This document shows positions 44,734 to 58,342 of a stretch of DNA of 64,000 nt, piece after piece. Where the stretch lies: the NCBI RefSeq assembly GCF_055900595.2, contig NZ_CM148325.1; one strand, 5' to 3'. Both the position numbers and the translations under genes were made by a program. Position 1 is the first letter of the stretch. Each line of letters begins with the position of its first letter. Under the pieces are notes generated by a model that was not told the DNA's origin, ran no database searches, and was given only the letters and a program-made list of their open reading frames with translations.

Positions 44734-46374
44734 TTACGCGTTTTTCAGAACTTCGCTAACAATCTCAACCGCTTCTTTCTCGATCTGCTTGCGATGTTCT
44801 TCACCGAGGAAGCTTTCGCAGTAGATTTTGTATGCGTCTTCCGTGCCTGACGGACGCGCGGCGAACCAGCCGTTGTCAGTCATCACTTTCAGACCGCCAA
44901 TAGAAGCACCGTTGCCCGGTGCCGCCGTCAGGCGCGCGGTGATCGGGTCACCTGCCAGGGTGCTGGCGCTCACCATTTCCGGAGACAGCTTAGACAGCGC
45001 CGCTTTTTGTGCGGAAGTCGCAGCTGCCTGCAAACGGTTGTAGCTCGGCGCACCAAAGCGTTTTGCCAGTTCGTTGTAGTGTTCCTGCGGGTTCTTACCG
45101 GTAACAGCAGTGATTTCCGCCGCCAGCAGACACATAATGATACCGTCTTTATCGGTGGACCACGGCGTGCCGTCGAAACGCAGAAAGGAAGCCCCTGCGC
45201 TCTCTTCGCCGCCAAAGCCGAAGCTGCCGTCGAACAGACCATCCACAAACCATTTGAAACCTACCGGTACTTCTACCAGCTTACGGCCCAAATCGTTGAC
45301 CACGCGGTCGATCATCGCAGAAGAAACCAGCGTTTTACCGACAGCAACATCTTTGCCCCACTGCGGACGATGCTGGAACAGGTAGTTGATCGCCACTGCC
45401 AGGTAATGGTTAGGATTCATCAAACCTGCCGGAGTGACGATACCGTGACGGTCATAATCCGGGTCGTTAGCAAATGCCAGATCGAACTTATCACGCAGTG
45501 CCAGCAGGCCCGCCATTGCACACTCGGAGGAACAGTCCATACGGATCGCGCCGTCTTTATCGAGGTGCATAAAGCGGAAGGTTTGATCGACCTGATCGTT
45601 AACGATGGTCAGGTTAAGGTTGTAATACTCGCCAATACGCTTCCAGTATTCGATACCGGAACCGCCCAGCGGATCAACGCCCAGCGTCAGGCCCGCTTTC
45701 TGAATCGCCGCCATATCAACGATATCGGCCAGACCTTCCACAAACGGCTGCACCAGATCCTGCTCTTTCACATGACCGGATGCCATCGCTTCGTCGAGGG
45801 AGATACGCTTCACACCTTTCAGGCCATCGGCCATCAGTGCGTTGGCCCTGTCTTCCACCACTTTGGTGACGTTGGTATCAGCCGGGCCACCATTTGGCGG
45901 ATTGTACTTGATACCACCATCTTCTGGCGGGTTATGGGACGGTGTAATCACGATACCGTCTGCCAGCGGGCCACCTTTTTTATTGTGAACCAGGATGGCA
46001 TTGGAAACGGCAGGCGTCGGAGTGAAGCCATTGTTTTCCTGCACAATAACATCTACGCCGTTCGCTGCCAGCACTTCCAGTACGGAAATGAACGCAGGCT
46101 CGGACAGGGCGTGAGTATCTTTACCCACATAGCAAGGGCCAGTGATGCCGTTTTTCGCACGTTCTTCAGCAATTGCCTGAGCGATCGCCAGAATATGCGG
46201 CTCGTTAAAGCTATGGCGCGCTGCACTGCCACGGTGACCGGAAGTACCGAATTTCACCGCGTGCTCCGCATTCCCTGCTTCTGGTTTCAGTACATAGTAT
46301 TGCGCCGTCAGTTGGGCGACGTTAATCAAATCACTCTGTTGTGCAGGTTGGCCTGCACGATTGTGGATTGCCAT
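44734..46374 (-). CDS. pgm: phosphoglucomutase
   Basis: 546 aa from [22 protein letters not shown]; active-site TPSHNP. Confidence 0.96.
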   Translation of the reverse strand: MAIHNRAGQPAQQSDLINVAQLTAQYYVLKPEAGNAEHAVKFGTSGHRGSAARHSFNEPHILAIAQAIAEERAKNGITGPCYVGKDTHALSEPAFISVLEVLAANGVDVIVQENNGFTPTPAVSNAILVHNKKGGPLADGIVITPSHNPPEDGGIKYNPPNGGPADTNVTKVVEDRANALMADGLKGVKRISLDEAMASGHVKEQDLVQPFVEGLADIVDMAAIQKAGLTLGVDPLGGSGIEYWKRIGEYYNLNLTIVNDQVDQTFRFMHLDKDGAIRMDCSSECAMAGLLALRDKFDLAFANDPDYDRHGIVTPAGLMNPNHYLAVAINYLFQHRPQWGKDVAVGKTLVSSAMIDRVVNDLGRKLVEVPVGFKWFVDGLFDGSFGFGGEESAGASFLRFDGTPWSTDKDGIIMCLLAAEITAVTGKNPQEHYNELAKRFGAPSYNRLQAAATSAQKAALSKLSPEMVSASTLAGDPITARLTAAPGNGASIGGLKVMTDNGWFAARPSGTEDAYKIYCESFLGEEHRKQIEKEAVEIVSEVLKNA

Positions 46375-46399
46375 TGCTTTGTCCTTTGTCTGCAACGTT

Positions 46400-46945
46400 T
46401 TAGATAGTTCCGCAAACCTTCTCAATCAATTCCGCCGGGAATTGCATCGACTGCATGATGTGTTCGATCATGCTGCATTTACGGCCGGTGTTGGTGTTGG
46501 TGATCACCCAATACGGCGTGCCTGGCACATGTTTCGGCTTGGTCTGATTACCATTTTTCAGCAGCGTTTGTTCATCTGCCGCAAAGTAAACGCGTGTACG
46601 ACCGTGCAACGATTCCGTGGCCTCGGCAAACGCCTGGGCGTCAAGAGAATATAGTGTAGACAACAGCAGCATGAAGCGATTGACCGCTCGCTTTTGCTCT
46701 GCGTATTCATCCGAAAGCAAAAGTTCACGCATTGCGCGAACCTTGTCTTTAATCGTTTTGACCGGCTTCGCTTCGACGATAGCAGGTGACGCAACGCGAA
46801 CCTCTTTCGTCACCGGAGCAGCAGGCTGTGATGCGGCGGAAAATTTCAACATACGCCGTAAAATGTCGGATGCGCTCTCGCCGATATGCTTAGTGTGGCT
46901 GGCAATATAGCTGTAGAGTTCATCATCAACTTCAATCGTTTTCAT
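46400..46945 (-). CDS. seqA: replication-initiation negative regulator SeqA
   Basis: 181 aa from [35 protein letters not shown]. Confidence 0.95.
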
Positions 46946-47129
46946 CTTAATCCAGTGCAGTGTCTTAGCTGAATACAAGTCGCCAGGAGTATATGAATAA
47001 ATCCCGGCAGCGGATAGCGTCAAGCCTGGCTTGCAGAAAAACTCGGATTAAACCTTATTTGTTGCAGCCCTGTGGCACAATGGTCAACATAATACCCTAA
47101 CCCGACAACGCGAAAAAAAGAACTTTGCC

Positions 47130-47894
47130 ATGAAATTGAATATCCGCGCGCAAACTGCACAAAACCAGCACAATAATTCTCCCATCGTTCTTGTCCATGG
47201 TCTGTTTGGCAGCCTCGACAACCTTGGCGTACTGGCTCGCGATCTGGTAAACGATCACAATATCATCCAGGTTGATATGCGTAACCACGGTCTTTCCCCG
47301 AGAGATCCGGTGATGAGTTACCCGGAGATGGCCCAGGATCTTGTTGACACTCTGGATGCACAGCAGATCGATAAGGCAACATTTATTGGACACTCAATGG
47401 GCGGTAAAGCGGTGATGGCACTGACTGCACTGGCCCCCGATCGCATCGATAAACTGGTGGCGATTGATATTGCGCCGGTCGACTATCACGTACGCCGTCA
47501 TGATGAGATTTTCGCGGCCATCAACGCAGTCAGTGAATCAGACGCACAAACACGCCAGCAAGCAGCGGCAATAATGCGCCAGCATCTTAATGAAGAAGGG
47601 GTGATTCAGTTTCTGTTGAAATCTTTTGTTGACGGGGAGTGGCGCTTTAACGTGCCGGTATTGTGGGATCAGTATCCGCATATTGTGGGTTGGGAGAAAA
47701 TCCCGGCATGGGATCACCCTGCCCTGTTTATCCCTGGTGGCAATTCTCCGTATGTTAGCGAGCAGTATCGTGATGATTTACTGACACAATTTCCACAGGC
47801 ACGAGCGCATGTGATTGCTGGCGCGGGTCACTGGGTCCATGCTGAAAAACCGGATGCGGTATTACGCGCTATCCGTCGCTATCTCAATGATTAA
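47130..47894 (+). CDS. ybfF: alpha/beta-hydrolase esterase YbfF
   Basis: 254 aa with GHSMGG nucleophile elbow. Confidence 0.93.
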   Translation: MKLNIRAQTAQNQHNNSPIVLVHGLFGSLDNLGVLARDLVNDHNIIQVDMRNHGLSPRDPVMSYPEMAQDLVDTLDAQQIDKATFIGHSMGGKAVMALTALAPDRIDKLVAIDIAPVDYHVRRHDEIFAAINAVSESDAQTRQQAAAIMRQHLNEEGVIQFLLKSFVDGEWRFNVPVLWDQYPHIVGWEKIPAWDHPALFIPGGNSPYVSEQYRDDLLTQFPQARAHVIAGAGHWVHAEKPDAVLRAIRRYLND

Positions 47895-48033
47895 CGTAAC
47901 TGATTAAAAACCCAGCGTCCGCGTCGCTTTCCGCGCGTGGGCGTTGGCGTGACTCATCGCGCTGATGTATTATGGCGCGCTATCCATCCGGGCAGGCGCC
48001 TGGCTGATTGTTTCCCCCGAAGTCACCAAGATC

Positions 48034-48327
48034 ATGGCCAAAGAACAAACGGACCGTACGACATTAGATCTGTTCGCGCACGAGCGTCGACCGGGACGAC
48101 CGAAAACTAATCCGCTTTCGCGCGATGAACAGCTGCGTATTAATAAACGCAACCAGCTAAAACGCGACAAAGTACGTGGCCTTAAGCGTGTCGAACTGAA
48201 GCTGAACGCGGAAGCTGTCGAGGCACTGAACGAGCTGGCAGAATCGCGCAATATGAGCCGTAGCGAACTGATCGAAGAGATGTTAATGCAGCAACTGGCG
48301 GCGCTGCGTAGTCAGGGCATCGTTTAA
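48034..48327 (+). CDS. ybfE: small protein YbfE
   Basis: 97 aa from [38 protein letters not shown]. Confidence 0.85.
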   Translation: MAKEQTDRTTLDLFAHERRPGRPKTNPLSRDEQLRINKRNQLKRDKVRGLKRVELKLNAEAVEALNELAESRNMSRSELIEEMLMQQLAALRSQGIV

Positions 48328-48466
48328 ATTTCCACTTTCATGTAGCACAGTGTGCAGTCCTGCTCGTTTGCTGATTCCGCAAGACTGCCTGTTCTGCTAT
48401 GATTGCCTTTATCCGTGGGCAATTTTCCACCCCCATTTCAATAAGTTTCAAGAGGTTATTTCACTC

Positions 48467-48997
48467 ATGGCTATCACTGGCATCTTTTTCGGCAGCGACA
48501 CCGGTAATACCGAAAATATCGCAAAAATGATTCAAAAACAGCTTGGTAAAGACGTTGCCGATGTCCATGACATTGCAAAAAGCAGCAAAGAAGATCTGGA
48601 AGCATATGACATTCTGCTGCTGGGCATCCCAACCTGGTATTACGGCGAAGCGCAGTGTGACTGGGATGACTTCTTCCCGACTCTCGAAGAGATTGATTTC
48701 AATGGCAAACTGGTTGCGCTGTTTGGTTGTGGCGACCAGGAAGATTACGCTGAATACTTCTGTGACGCATTGGGCACCATCCGCGACATCATTGAACCGC
48801 GCGGTGCAACCATCGTTGGTCACTGGCCAACTGCGGGCTACCATTTCGAAGCATCAAAAGGTCTGGCAGATGACGACCACTTTGTCGGTCTGGCTATCGA
48901 CGAAGACCGTCAGCCGGAACTGACCGCTGAACGTGTAGAAAAATGGGTTAAACAGATTTCTGAAGAATTGCATCTCGACGAAATTCTCAATGCCTGA
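48467..48997 (+). CDS. fldA: flavodoxin 1
   Basis: 176 aa from [23 protein letters not shown]; FMN-binding flavodoxin signature. Confidence 0.96.
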
Positions 48998-49202
48998 TGT
49001 GATGCGGCGTAGACTCATGTCTACGCCGTATTAATAGATAATGCCAATCAAAATAATTGCTACAAATTTGTAACTTTTGCTGTTGTACCTGTACAATGTC
49101 CCGGTGTTCAAGTGGCCTTGCCGTTGTAAATGTAAGCTGTGCCACGTTTTTATTAACAATATTTGCCAGGGACTTGTGGTTTTCATTTAGGCGTGGCAAT
49201 TC

Positions 49203-49221
49203 TATAATGATACGCATTATC
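49203..49221. promoter_or_regulatory. Fur box (fur autoregulation)
   Basis: TATAATGATACGCATTATC matches 16 of 19 positions of the GATAATGATAATCATTATC consensus; overlaps the uof start codon. Confidence 0.65.
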
Positions 49222-49293
49222 TCAAGAGCAAATTCTGTCACTTCTCCTAATGAAGTGAACCGCTTAGTAACAGGACAGATTCCGCATGACTGA
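49207..49293 (+). CDS. uof: upstream ORF of fur (translationally coupled leader peptide)
   Basis: 28 codons MIRIISRANSVTSPNEVNRLVTGQIPHD; stop overlaps the fur ATG region. Confidence 0.75.
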   Translation: MIRIISRANSVTSPNEVNRLVTGQIPHD

Positions 49294-49732
49294 TAACAAT
49301 ACCGCCCTAAAGAAAGCTGGCCTGAAAGTAACGCTTCCTCGTTTAAAAATCCTGGAAGTTCTTCAGGAGCCGGACAACCATCACGTCAGTGCGGAAGATT
49401 TATACAAACGTCTGATCGATATGGGTGAAGAAATTGGTCTGGCTACGGTATATCGCGTACTGAACCAGTTTGACGACGCTGGTATCGTCACCCGCCACAA
49501 TTTTGAAGGCGGTAAATCCGTATTTGAACTGACACAGCAACATCACCACGATCACCTGATCTGCCTCGACTGCGGCAAGGTTATCGAATTTAGTGATGAT
49601 TCCATCGAAGCGCGTCAGCGTGAAATTGCCGCAAAACATGGCATTCGCCTGACTAACCACAGTCTCTATCTTTACGGTCACTGTGCCGAAGGCGATTGCC
49701 GCGAAGATGAGCACGCGCACGAAGGCAAATAA
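49286..49732 (+). CDS. fur: ferric uptake regulator
   Basis: 148 aa, MTDNNTALKKAGLKVTLPRLKILEVLQEP..., metal-binding HHHDH and CxxC motifs. Confidence 0.98.
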   Translation: MTDNNTALKKAGLKVTLPRLKILEVLQEPDNHHVSAEDLYKRLIDMGEEIGLATVYRVLNQFDDAGIVTRHNFEGGKSVFELTQQHHHDHLICLDCGKVIEFSDDSIEARQREIAAKHGIRLTNHSLYLYGHCAEGDCREDEHAHEGK

Positions 49733-49750
49733 GCCAGTCTGAACGAGAAA

Positions 49751-49778
49751 AGCCAACCTGCGGGTTGGCTTTTTTATG
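49751..49778 (+). terminator. fur intrinsic terminator
   Basis: Hairpin AGCCAACC-TGCG-GGTTGGCT followed by TTTTTT. Confidence 0.9.
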
Positions 49779-49815
49779 CAAGGGAAATAAGAAAAGCGAG
49801 AGTTACAGCTCTCAC

Positions 49816-50142
49816 TTATTTGTTATTACTGCGAATTTCCTGCCAGACTTTATCACAATCGGCTTTCACTGCCTGATCATTACCGGTTTGCGTTGCCTGA
49901 ATGCACTGCTGATAATCCAGCACACGGACACTTTCCTGCTCGGCAAACTGCTGATGTTGTTTCTCTTTCTTCAGCACGTTTAACACGCTCTGGCAGGCTT
50001 CAATTTTTTCTGGCGAACCTTGCGCGGTGTTGATACAGGCGCTGTAAGCTTCTTTCAGACGGCTGTCTTCCTGTGGCGCGGTGGATTGTGCACAAGCCAC
50101 CAGCCCCGATGCCATCATGGCGATGAGAATCAGTTTTTTCAT
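49816..50142 (-). CDS. chiQ: lipoprotein ChiQ (YbfN)
   Basis: 108 aa with lipobox LVAC (MKKLILIAMMASGLVACAQ). Confidence 0.88.
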   Translation of the reverse strand: MKKLILIAMMASGLVACAQSTAPQEDSRLKEAYSACINTAQGSPEKIEACQSVLNVLKKEKQHQQFAEQESVRVLDYQQCIQATQTGNDQAVKADCDKVWQEIRSNNK

Positions 50143-50191
50143 TGCAAATTCCTCAAACGTGCGGCAGGCACAAAACCTGCCGCGTCGGGCA

Positions 50192-51598
50192 TCAGAAGAT
50201 GGTGAATGGTGCGATTACCATAAATTTCACGTCACGCTCATCCTGGAAGATGTTGCCGTAACCACCGCCCCAGCTTGGGATGTCGGAGTGGTTGTCGTAT
50301 TCGGTAAAGTGCAGTTTGAACATCGTGCCTTTGGCGCGACCGTCCTGAATGGTGTAGACCGCATCCAGGCTGTATGCAGACTCTTCAATAGTCCGGTTCT
50401 TGTCGTAGTACGCATCCGGATTGCTCTGCCAGGTAGCGGGTTTAGCATCCCATGCGTAAACGTAGGAAGCGCCGATGGCGAAGCCTGGAAGATTCCAGTT
50501 TTTCAGGTCATACATCGCACCGAAGAAGACCGCTTTTTCGCCGTTGGCGTTGAAGTCAGAACGGTTATCCCACCAGATATCCAGGCGACCGTTCGAGGAA
50601 GCATAGGTTGGAGTCATACGTTGCAGGAAGTATCCCTGCTGACCGTCGGCTTTAACCCAGGTGCCTTCCAGACGCAAATCCACTACGTCAGCCGCCCGGT
50701 AACCAAAGGTCAACGCTTGCAGCCAGGCAGTGCCGTCGTAAAGGTCGTTGACGCTGCGATCGTCAACTTTATCGCGCGTACCGTAGAACTGGTAGCTGGT
50801 GGTTAACGGGCTACCGGCGATATCAAATTTATAGCTGGCTTTGGCAAAATACTGATCAATATACCCTTCTGCCTGACCAAATGCCGCTTCCAGTACGAAG
50901 TTATTTTTGAAGTCGTACTTCGCCCCAAGGGAGTGTAGATAATCAACTTTGGTGGTTTTATCGTTCTGATAAAACTCATCCATTTCCAGATGCCACGGCG
51001 CTTTATATTCGTTGGTCCACATGTAGGAGAAACTCAACGCACCAGCATCGCCGTAATCAAAATTCGCCCCCGCTTCCGCCCCCTGATAAGTACCCGGCAT
51101 AAAACTCCAGTGCGGCGCTAACAGCGTCTGACCGGTTGGCTGAATATAACCTGCCCGCGCCCACACCGGACCGTATTTAAATTTGGCCGCTGCTTTATAC
51201 AGGCTTATACCGCTTTTATCGCCGGACCAGTCTTCGTCATAGGCTTTATTGCTTTTTGAAAACGCGATTTCGTTCGGGTGAGAACTGTCGCCGTTTTCCG
51301 CCATTTCAATCGCCGTAAACGCCGCAATATCAAGGCCGAACATATCAGCAGCATAACCAGACTGAAAATCGAGGTTGGCATTCCAGGTGGAGTGAGAAAG
51401 GTTGGTTTTGTATTTGTCGCCGTCGGTAACGTCTTTACGGTCGCGTTCACGCTGCCAGTAATAGATACCGCCGGTTAAGGTTGAATCGTCGATGAATCCT
51501 TCGGCGCGAGCCTCCGGCATTGCCATAAAGCTCGACATTGCTGTAACACCGGCGATAGCCAGCGCCAGCGTACTACGTTTGCCACTAAACGTACGCAT
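50192..51598 (-). CDS. chiP: chitoporin (OprD-family outer-membrane porin)
   Basis: 468 aa with signal peptide and C-terminal aromatic residue. Confidence 0.94.
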   Translation of the reverse strand: MRTFSGKRSTLALAIAGVTAMSSFMAMPEARAEGFIDDSTLTGGIYYWQRERDRKDVTDGDKYKTNLSHSTWNANLDFQSGYAADMFGLDIAAFTAIEMAENGDSSHPNEIAFSKSNKAYDEDWSGDKSGISLYKAAAKFKYGPVWARAGYIQPTGQTLLAPHWSFMPGTYQGAEAGANFDYGDAGALSFSYMWTNEYKAPWHLEMDEFYQNDKTTKVDYLHSLGAKYDFKNNFVLEAAFGQAEGYIDQYFAKASYKFDIAGSPLTTSYQFYGTRDKVDDRSVNDLYDGTAWLQALTFGYRAADVVDLRLEGTWVKADGQQGYFLQRMTPTYASSNGRLDIWWDNRSDFNANGEKAVFFGAMYDLKNWNLPGFAIGASYVYAWDAKPATWQSNPDAYYDKNRTIEESAYSLDAVYTIQDGRAKGTMFKLHFTEYDNHSDIPSWGGGYGNIFQDERDVKFMVIAPFTIF

Positions 51599-51953
51599 GG
51601 GTTAATCCTCTTTGACGTATAAATTGCTGCACCAAAGGTGAACAGCGAAAAAAAATAAAAATTAAAAAAGTAGCGTTGAGAAAAGTCTCGCTGACTACAG
51701 GAACAGACTATTTTTCGCGACGCGAATTATCAATCTCTTTCTGTAACCAGAATGTAAGAACATGAGCAACCGCACATATTTTGATGATTTTTGTTACAAG
51801 GCTTAAGTTTGCAGTTGAAAGGCTTGCAGAAGAATAAAAGCGTGAATTTCCAGCAAGATGAAAGCGGTTACATTTTATTTAATTATGATTTGTAATTTTA
51901 AATTTGCTTTATGAATAAATTATGAAGCGGAATTAATTCGCGAAGAAAAGCAG

Positions 51954-51980
51954 AAAAAAAACGCCGCGGAGCGCGGCGTT
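51954..51980 (-). terminator. intrinsic terminator downstream of glnS
   Basis: Hairpin ACGCCGCG-GAG-CGCGGCGT with a U-run on the minus strand (plus-strand A-run 51954-51960). Confidence 0.7.
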
Positions 51981-52001
51981 TGGGTTTGTTTGCTATTTCT
52001 T

Positions 52002-52168
52002 GCCGGATGCGGCGTGAACGCCTTATCCGGCCTACAAAAGCACGCAAATTCAATATATGGCAGAGATCATGTAGGCCTGATAAGCGTAGCGCATCAGGCA
52101 ATTTAGCGTTTGAAACTGTTTCTATGTTTCTTGCCGGATGTGGCGTAAATGCCTCACCCGGCCTGGTA
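52002..52168. repeat. REP/BIME cluster, about three REPs
   Basis: GCCGGATGCGGCGTGAACGCCTTATCCGGCCTAC, GTAGGCCTGATAAGCGTAGCGCATCAGGC and GCCGGATGTGGCGTAAATGCCTCACCCGGCC. Confidence 0.8.
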
Positions 52169-52178
52169 GAACTTAAAA

Positions 52179-53843
52179 CTACTCGCCTACTTTCGCCCAG
52201 GTATCACGCAGCCCAACGGTGCGGTTAAATACCGGTTTTTCCGCCGTAGAATGGCGGCTGTCGAGGCAGAAGTAACCCTCACGCTCAAACTGGAATGCTT
52301 TGCCCGCTACCGCGCCTTTCAGCGACGGTTCAGCAAAGCCCTGTTTGATCACCAACGATTCCGGGTTAATCACCGACAGGAAATCATCCGCAGCACCTGG
52401 GTTCGGCACGCTGAACAGACGATCGTACAGGCGGATTTCAACCGGCAGCGCATGTGCCGCGCTCACCCAGTGAATAACGCCTTTCACTTTACGACCATCT
52501 GCCGGATCTTTGCTTAAGGTGTCGGCGTCATAAGTACAGAAGATGGTGGTGATATTGCCTTCGGCATCTTTCTCCACGCGTTCCGCTTTAATCACGTAAG
52601 CATTACGCAGACGCACTTCTTTACCCAGCACCAGACGTTTGTACTGCTTGTTAGCTTCTTCGCGGAAATCGGCGCGATCGATCCAAATCTCACCGCTGAA
52701 TGGCACCTGACGGCTGCCCATTTCAGGTTTGTTCGGATGGTTCGGCATAGTGACCATTTCGCCTTCGCCCTGATAGTTTTCGATAACCAGTTTCACCGGA
52801 TCGATAACCGCCATTGCGCGCGGAGCATTTTCATTGAGATCTTCACGGATGCAGGATTCCAGCGACGCCATCTCAATGGTGTTGTCCTGCTTGGTCACGC
52901 CAATGCGTTTGCAGAACTCACGAATAGAAGCCGCCGTGTAACCACGACGACGCAGACCGGAAATGGTCGGCATACGTGGATCATCCCAGCCTTCAACGTG
53001 CTTGTCGGTCACCAGCAGGTTCAGCTTACGCTTGGACATCACGGTGTATTCCAGATTCAGGCGCGAGAATTCGTACTGGCGCGGATGAACAGGAATGGTG
53101 ATGTTGTCCAGTACCCAGTCATACAGACGACGGTTATCCTGGAACTCCAGCGTACACAGAGAGTGTGTAATACCTTCCAGCGCATCGCTGATGCAGTGGG
53201 TGAAGTCGTACATCGGGTAGATGCACCACTTGTTACCGGTCTGGTGGTGTTCAGCAAACTTAATGCGGTACAGCACCGGATCGCGCATCACGATAAACGG
53301 CGAAGCCATGTCGATTTTCGCGCGCAGGCAGGCTTTACCTTCTTCAAAACCGCCGGTACGCATTTTCTCGAACAGCGCCAGGTTCTCTTCAACGCTGCGG
53401 TCGCGGTACGGGCTGTTTTTACCCGGCTGCGTCAGGGTGCCGCGGTATTCGCGGATCTGTTCCGGTGTCAGTTCATCAACGTACGCCAGGCCTTTATTGA
53501 TCAGTTCGATCGCATAGGCGTGGAGCTGATCAAAATAATCGGAGGAGTAACGGACGTTACCAGACCAGTGAAAACCTAACCACTCAACGTCGTTTTTGAT
53601 CGACTCAACGTACTCGATATCTTCTTTTACCGGGTTAGTGTCGTCGAAACGCAGGTTGCACTGGCCTTTATAGTCCTGGGCGATCCCGAAGTTCAGGCAG
53701 ATAGATTTCGCATGGCCAATATGCAGATAGCCATTCGGCTCCGGCGGGAAACGGGTGTGTACTGTGGTGTGCTTACCACTGGCCAGATCTTCATCGATGA
53801 TCTGACGGATAAAGTTAGTCGGGCGGGCTTCTGCCTCACTCAT
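52179..53843 (-). CDS. glnS: glutaminyl-tRNA synthetase
   Basis: 554 aa, class I HIGH motif (HIGHAKS) and KMSKS-like VMSKR. Confidence 0.98.
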   Translation of the reverse strand: MSEAEARPTNFIRQIIDEDLASGKHTTVHTRFPPEPNGYLHIGHAKSICLNFGIAQDYKGQCNLRFDDTNPVKEDIEYVESIKNDVEWLGFHWSGNVRYSSDYFDQLHAYAIELINKGLAYVDELTPEQIREYRGTLTQPGKNSPYRDRSVEENLALFEKMRTGGFEEGKACLRAKIDMASPFIVMRDPVLYRIKFAEHHQTGNKWCIYPMYDFTHCISDALEGITHSLCTLEFQDNRRLYDWVLDNITIPVHPRQYEFSRLNLEYTVMSKRKLNLLVTDKHVEGWDDPRMPTISGLRRRGYTAASIREFCKRIGVTKQDNTIEMASLESCIREDLNENAPRAMAVIDPVKLVIENYQGEGEMVTMPNHPNKPEMGSRQVPFSGEIWIDRADFREEANKQYKRLVLGKEVRLRNAYVIKAERVEKDAEGNITTIFCTYDADTLSKDPADGRKVKGVIHWVSAAHALPVEIRLYDRLFSVPNPGAADDFLSVINPESLVIKQGFAEPSLKGAVAGKAFQFEREGYFCLDSRHSTAEKPVFNRTVGLRDTWAKVGE

Positions 53844-54045
53844 CGTGGATTCCTCAAAGCGTAAACAACGTATAACGGCGTATGATCTTATAAGCGGGAC
53901 AGGCTGACAACTGTTAGTTAGTGAAAATCGAAAATCTCACTGAGATTATGGGGATGATTGATGAAAAAAAAAGCGGCAGAGAAGATCTCCACCGCTTGTC
54001 ATTGTTGGATGCGACGCTCATGCGTCGCATCAGGCATAAAGAAGA

Positions 54046-55992
54046 TTACTTTTTGATTTCATACAGCGGCGTTTGACCCGCCACAACATGACCCTGAGCT
54101 TTAATGATAAGGCCGCTGAAATCGTCGATATTGCTGCAAACCACCGGGCTAATCATCGAACGGGCGTTAGCGTTCAGGTAATCCAGATCCATTTCCAGAA
54201 TCGGTTGCCCTGCGCTTACTTGCGCCCCCTCTTCCACCAGACGTTTAAAGCCTTTGCCTTCCAGCGCTACGGTGTCGATACCCATATGGACGACAATCTC
54301 AGCGCCTTTTTCGGTTTCCAGGCAGAACGCGTGATTGGTGTTGAAGATTTTCACGATTGTCCCTGCGGCTGGCGATACGACGATTTTATCCGTCGGTTTC
54401 ACCGCCACACCGTCACCCACCGCTTTGCTGGCAAATGCTTCGTCAGGAACCTGATCCAGCGCCACAACATCACCGGTAATCGGCGATACCAGCTCCGCGA
54501 CAGACACCGCGTTTGGTACGGCCTGCGGTTTTGCTACAGGCACGGTAGTTGCAGGCGCAGTTTCAGCAGAGGCGGCTGCTACCGGACCACGGGCAACGAC
54601 TTTCTTCATTGCATCGCCAATGGATTCCGCTTTCGCGCCAACAATCACCTGAATAGTCTGTTTGTTCAGTTTTACCACCCCAGAAGCACCCAGACGTTTA
54701 CACATCGCATCGTTGACGCGAGCTGAGTCAGCCACCGTCAGGCGCAGACGAGTAATACAGGCGTCAATGGCTTTCAGGTTGTCAGTGCCGCCAACCGCAG
54801 CAATATAGTTGGTCGCCAGTTGATTGAGACCTTCTTCAGTGTTGCTGTTGGCTTCTTCAGTAACGATCTCGTCTTCTTTATCTTCGCGACCCGGCGTTTT
54901 CAGATTGAACATGCGGATAACCACACTGAACACCACGAAGTAGATAGCGAAGAACACAACCCCCATCACCAGCAGCATCCAGACGTTCTGGCTGGCGGCC
55001 GGCAGGTTATACATCAACGCGTAGTCGATAGCCCCCGCAGAGAAGGAGAAGCCAGCATGGATACCCAGCAGCGTTGCCACAAACAGGCTGATACCCGTCA
55101 GCAGTGCGTGCAGGAGGTACAGCAGCGGTGCAAGGAACATGAACAGGAATTCCAGCGGCTCAGTCACACCGGTCAGGAACGCAGTAACAGCAACAGAAAG
55201 CAGCATACCGCCAACCATCGGACGACGCTCTTTCGGTGCTGCGAAGTACATCGCCAGCGCCGCGCCCGGCAGACCGAACATCATAATCGGGAAGAAGCCG
55301 GACATGAACATCCCCGCGGTGCCGTCACCGGCATAGAAGCGGTTAATGTCGCCGTGGAAAACCGTACCCGCCGCGTTGGTGAATTCACCAATCTGGAACC
55401 AGGCGATGGTGTTCAGCACCTGATGCAGACCGGTTGGGATCAGCAGACGGTTGATGAAACCAAAGATACCGGAACCCAGCGCGCCCGCAGAAACGATCCA
55501 TTCGCCGCCTGCATGGATAGCGTGCTGTACCGGTGGCCAGACGTAACCAAAAATGGCCGCCAGCACCAGGCAGAAGAAGCCGGTGGCGATCGGCACAAAA
55601 CGTTTGCCGCCGAAGAAGCTCAGGAAGTCCGGCAGTTTAATATCGGACCAACGGTTATAGGCAGCACCACCGACCAGACCGGTAATGATACCCGCCAGTA
55701 CACCCATGTTAATTTCTGGGTTGATGGTCACCATCGCTTTGGTTAACACAAAGTAACCGACCGCACCCGCCAGCGCCGCCGCACCTGCGCTGTCTTTCGA
55801 CCAGCTGGATGCCACACCGATGGCGAAGATTAATGCGAGGTTATCAAAAATCGCACCGCCCGCTTGGGCAATAAACGCAACGTTAAGTAAATCTGGCTGA
55901 CCGAATCGCAGCAACAGCGCCGCCACCGGCAGCACCGCGATAGGGAGCTGTAACGCCCTACCGAGTCGCTGGAAAAAACCTAAAATATTCAT
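54046..55992 (-). CDS. nagE: PTS N-acetylglucosamine-specific EIICBA component
   Basis: 648 aa with EIIC membrane domain, EIIB Cys motif and EIIA domain. Confidence 0.97.
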   Translation of the reverse strand: MNILGFFQRLGRALQLPIAVLPVAALLLRFGQPDLLNVAFIAQAGGAIFDNLALIFAIGVASSWSKDSAGAAALAGAVGYFVLTKAMVTINPEINMGVLAGIITGLVGGAAYNRWSDIKLPDFLSFFGGKRFVPIATGFFCLVLAAIFGYVWPPVQHAIHAGGEWIVSAGALGSGIFGFINRLLIPTGLHQVLNTIAWFQIGEFTNAAGTVFHGDINRFYAGDGTAGMFMSGFFPIMMFGLPGAALAMYFAAPKERRPMVGGMLLSVAVTAFLTGVTEPLEFLFMFLAPLLYLLHALLTGISLFVATLLGIHAGFSFSAGAIDYALMYNLPAASQNVWMLLVMGVVFFAIYFVVFSVVIRMFNLKTPGREDKEDEIVTEEANSNTEEGLNQLATNYIAAVGGTDNLKAIDACITRLRLTVADSARVNDAMCKRLGASGVVKLNKQTIQVIVGAKAESIGDAMKKVVARGPVAAASAETAPATTVPVAKPQAVPNAVSVAELVSPITGDVVALDQVPDEAFASKAVGDGVAVKPTDKIVVSPAAGTIVKIFNTNHAFCLETEKGAEIVVHMGIDTVALEGKGFKRLVEEGAQVSAGQPILEMDLDYLNANARSMISPVVCSNIDDFSGLIIKAQGHVVAGQTPLYEIKK

Positions 55993-56324
55993 CTTATTCC
56001 CCCTACGAGAACCCTATTTGGCTCGTTTAAAGCCGTATTTTTATTTTGCTGCAAATTGTACTGCCGATGTTCTGTAATCAGATTGTTAGATCATCTGCTA
56101 CAGAGTGTGTGAAAATTTAATTCGTATCGCAAATTAAACGCGTGTCTTTTGTGAGTTTTGTCACCAAATATCGTTATCATCACTCCCTTTTACTGGCTAA
56201 ACCAGAAAACTTATTTTATCATTCAAAAAATCAGGTCGGATTGACGCCTGTCTGCGCAAATCCAGGTTACGCTTAAAGATGCCTAATCCGCCAACGGCTT
56301 ACATTTTACTTACTGAGGTGAATA
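55993..56324. promoter_or_regulatory. divergent nagE / nagBACD control region
   Basis: 332 bp between divergent nagE and nagB, the known position of the NagC operators and CRP site; individual sites not mapped here. Confidence 0.55.
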
Positions 56325-57125
56325 ATGAGACTGATCCCCCTGACTACCGCTGAACAGGTCGGCAAATGGGCTGCTCGCCATATCGTCAATCGTATCAATG
56401 CGTTCAAACCGACTGCCGATCGTCCGTTTGTTCTGGGCCTGCCGACTGGCGGCACGCCGATGACCACCTATAAAGCGTTAGTCGAAATGCATAAAGCAGG
56501 CCAGGTCAGCTTTAAGCACGTTGTCACCTTCAACATGGACGAATATGTCGGTCTGCCGAAAGAGCATCCGGAAAGCTACTACAGCTTTATGCACCGTAAC
56601 TTCTTCGATCACGTTGATATTCCAGCAGAAAACATCAACCTTCTCAACGGCAACGCCCCGGATATCGACGCCGAGTGCCGCCAGTATGAAGAAAAAATCC
56701 GTTCTTACGGAAAAATTCATCTGTTTATGGGCGGTGTAGGTAACGACGGTCATATTGCATTTAACGAACCGGCGTCTTCTCTGGCTTCTCGTACTCGTAT
56801 CAAAACCCTGACTCATGACACTCGCGTCGCGAACTCTCGTTTCTTTGATAACGATGTCAATCAGGTGCCAAAATATGCCCTGACTGTCGGTGTTGGTACA
56901 TTGTTGGATGCCGAAGAAGTGATGATTCTGGTGCTGGGCAGCCAGAAAGCACTGGCGCTGCAAGCCGCAGTTGAAGGTTGCGTGAACCACATGTGGACCA
57001 TCAGCTGTCTGCAACTGCATCCGAAAGCCATCATGGTGTGCGATGAACCTTCCACCATGGAGCTGAAAGTTAAGACTTTAAGATATTTCAATGAATTAGA
57101 AGCAGAAAATATCAAAGGTCTGTAA
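56325..57125 (+). CDS. nagB: glucosamine-6-phosphate deaminase
   Basis: 266 aa, [27 protein letters not shown]... Confidence 0.97.
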
Positions 57126-57143
57126 TTATTATCCCTGCCCTGA

Positions 57144-58334
<1,191 letters not shown>

Positions 58335-58342
58335 GAGAAAGT

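Noticed and set aside
45007-46407. 466-aa plus-strand ORF
   Set aside because: Antisense to pgm; the product is low-complexity and Arg/His-rich, typical of an antisense translation.
52737-53579. 280-aa plus-strand ORF
   Set aside because: Antisense to glnS; shadow ORF.
54820-55746. 308-aa plus-strand ORF (and 54073-54726)
   Set aside because: Antisense to nagE; shadow ORFs.
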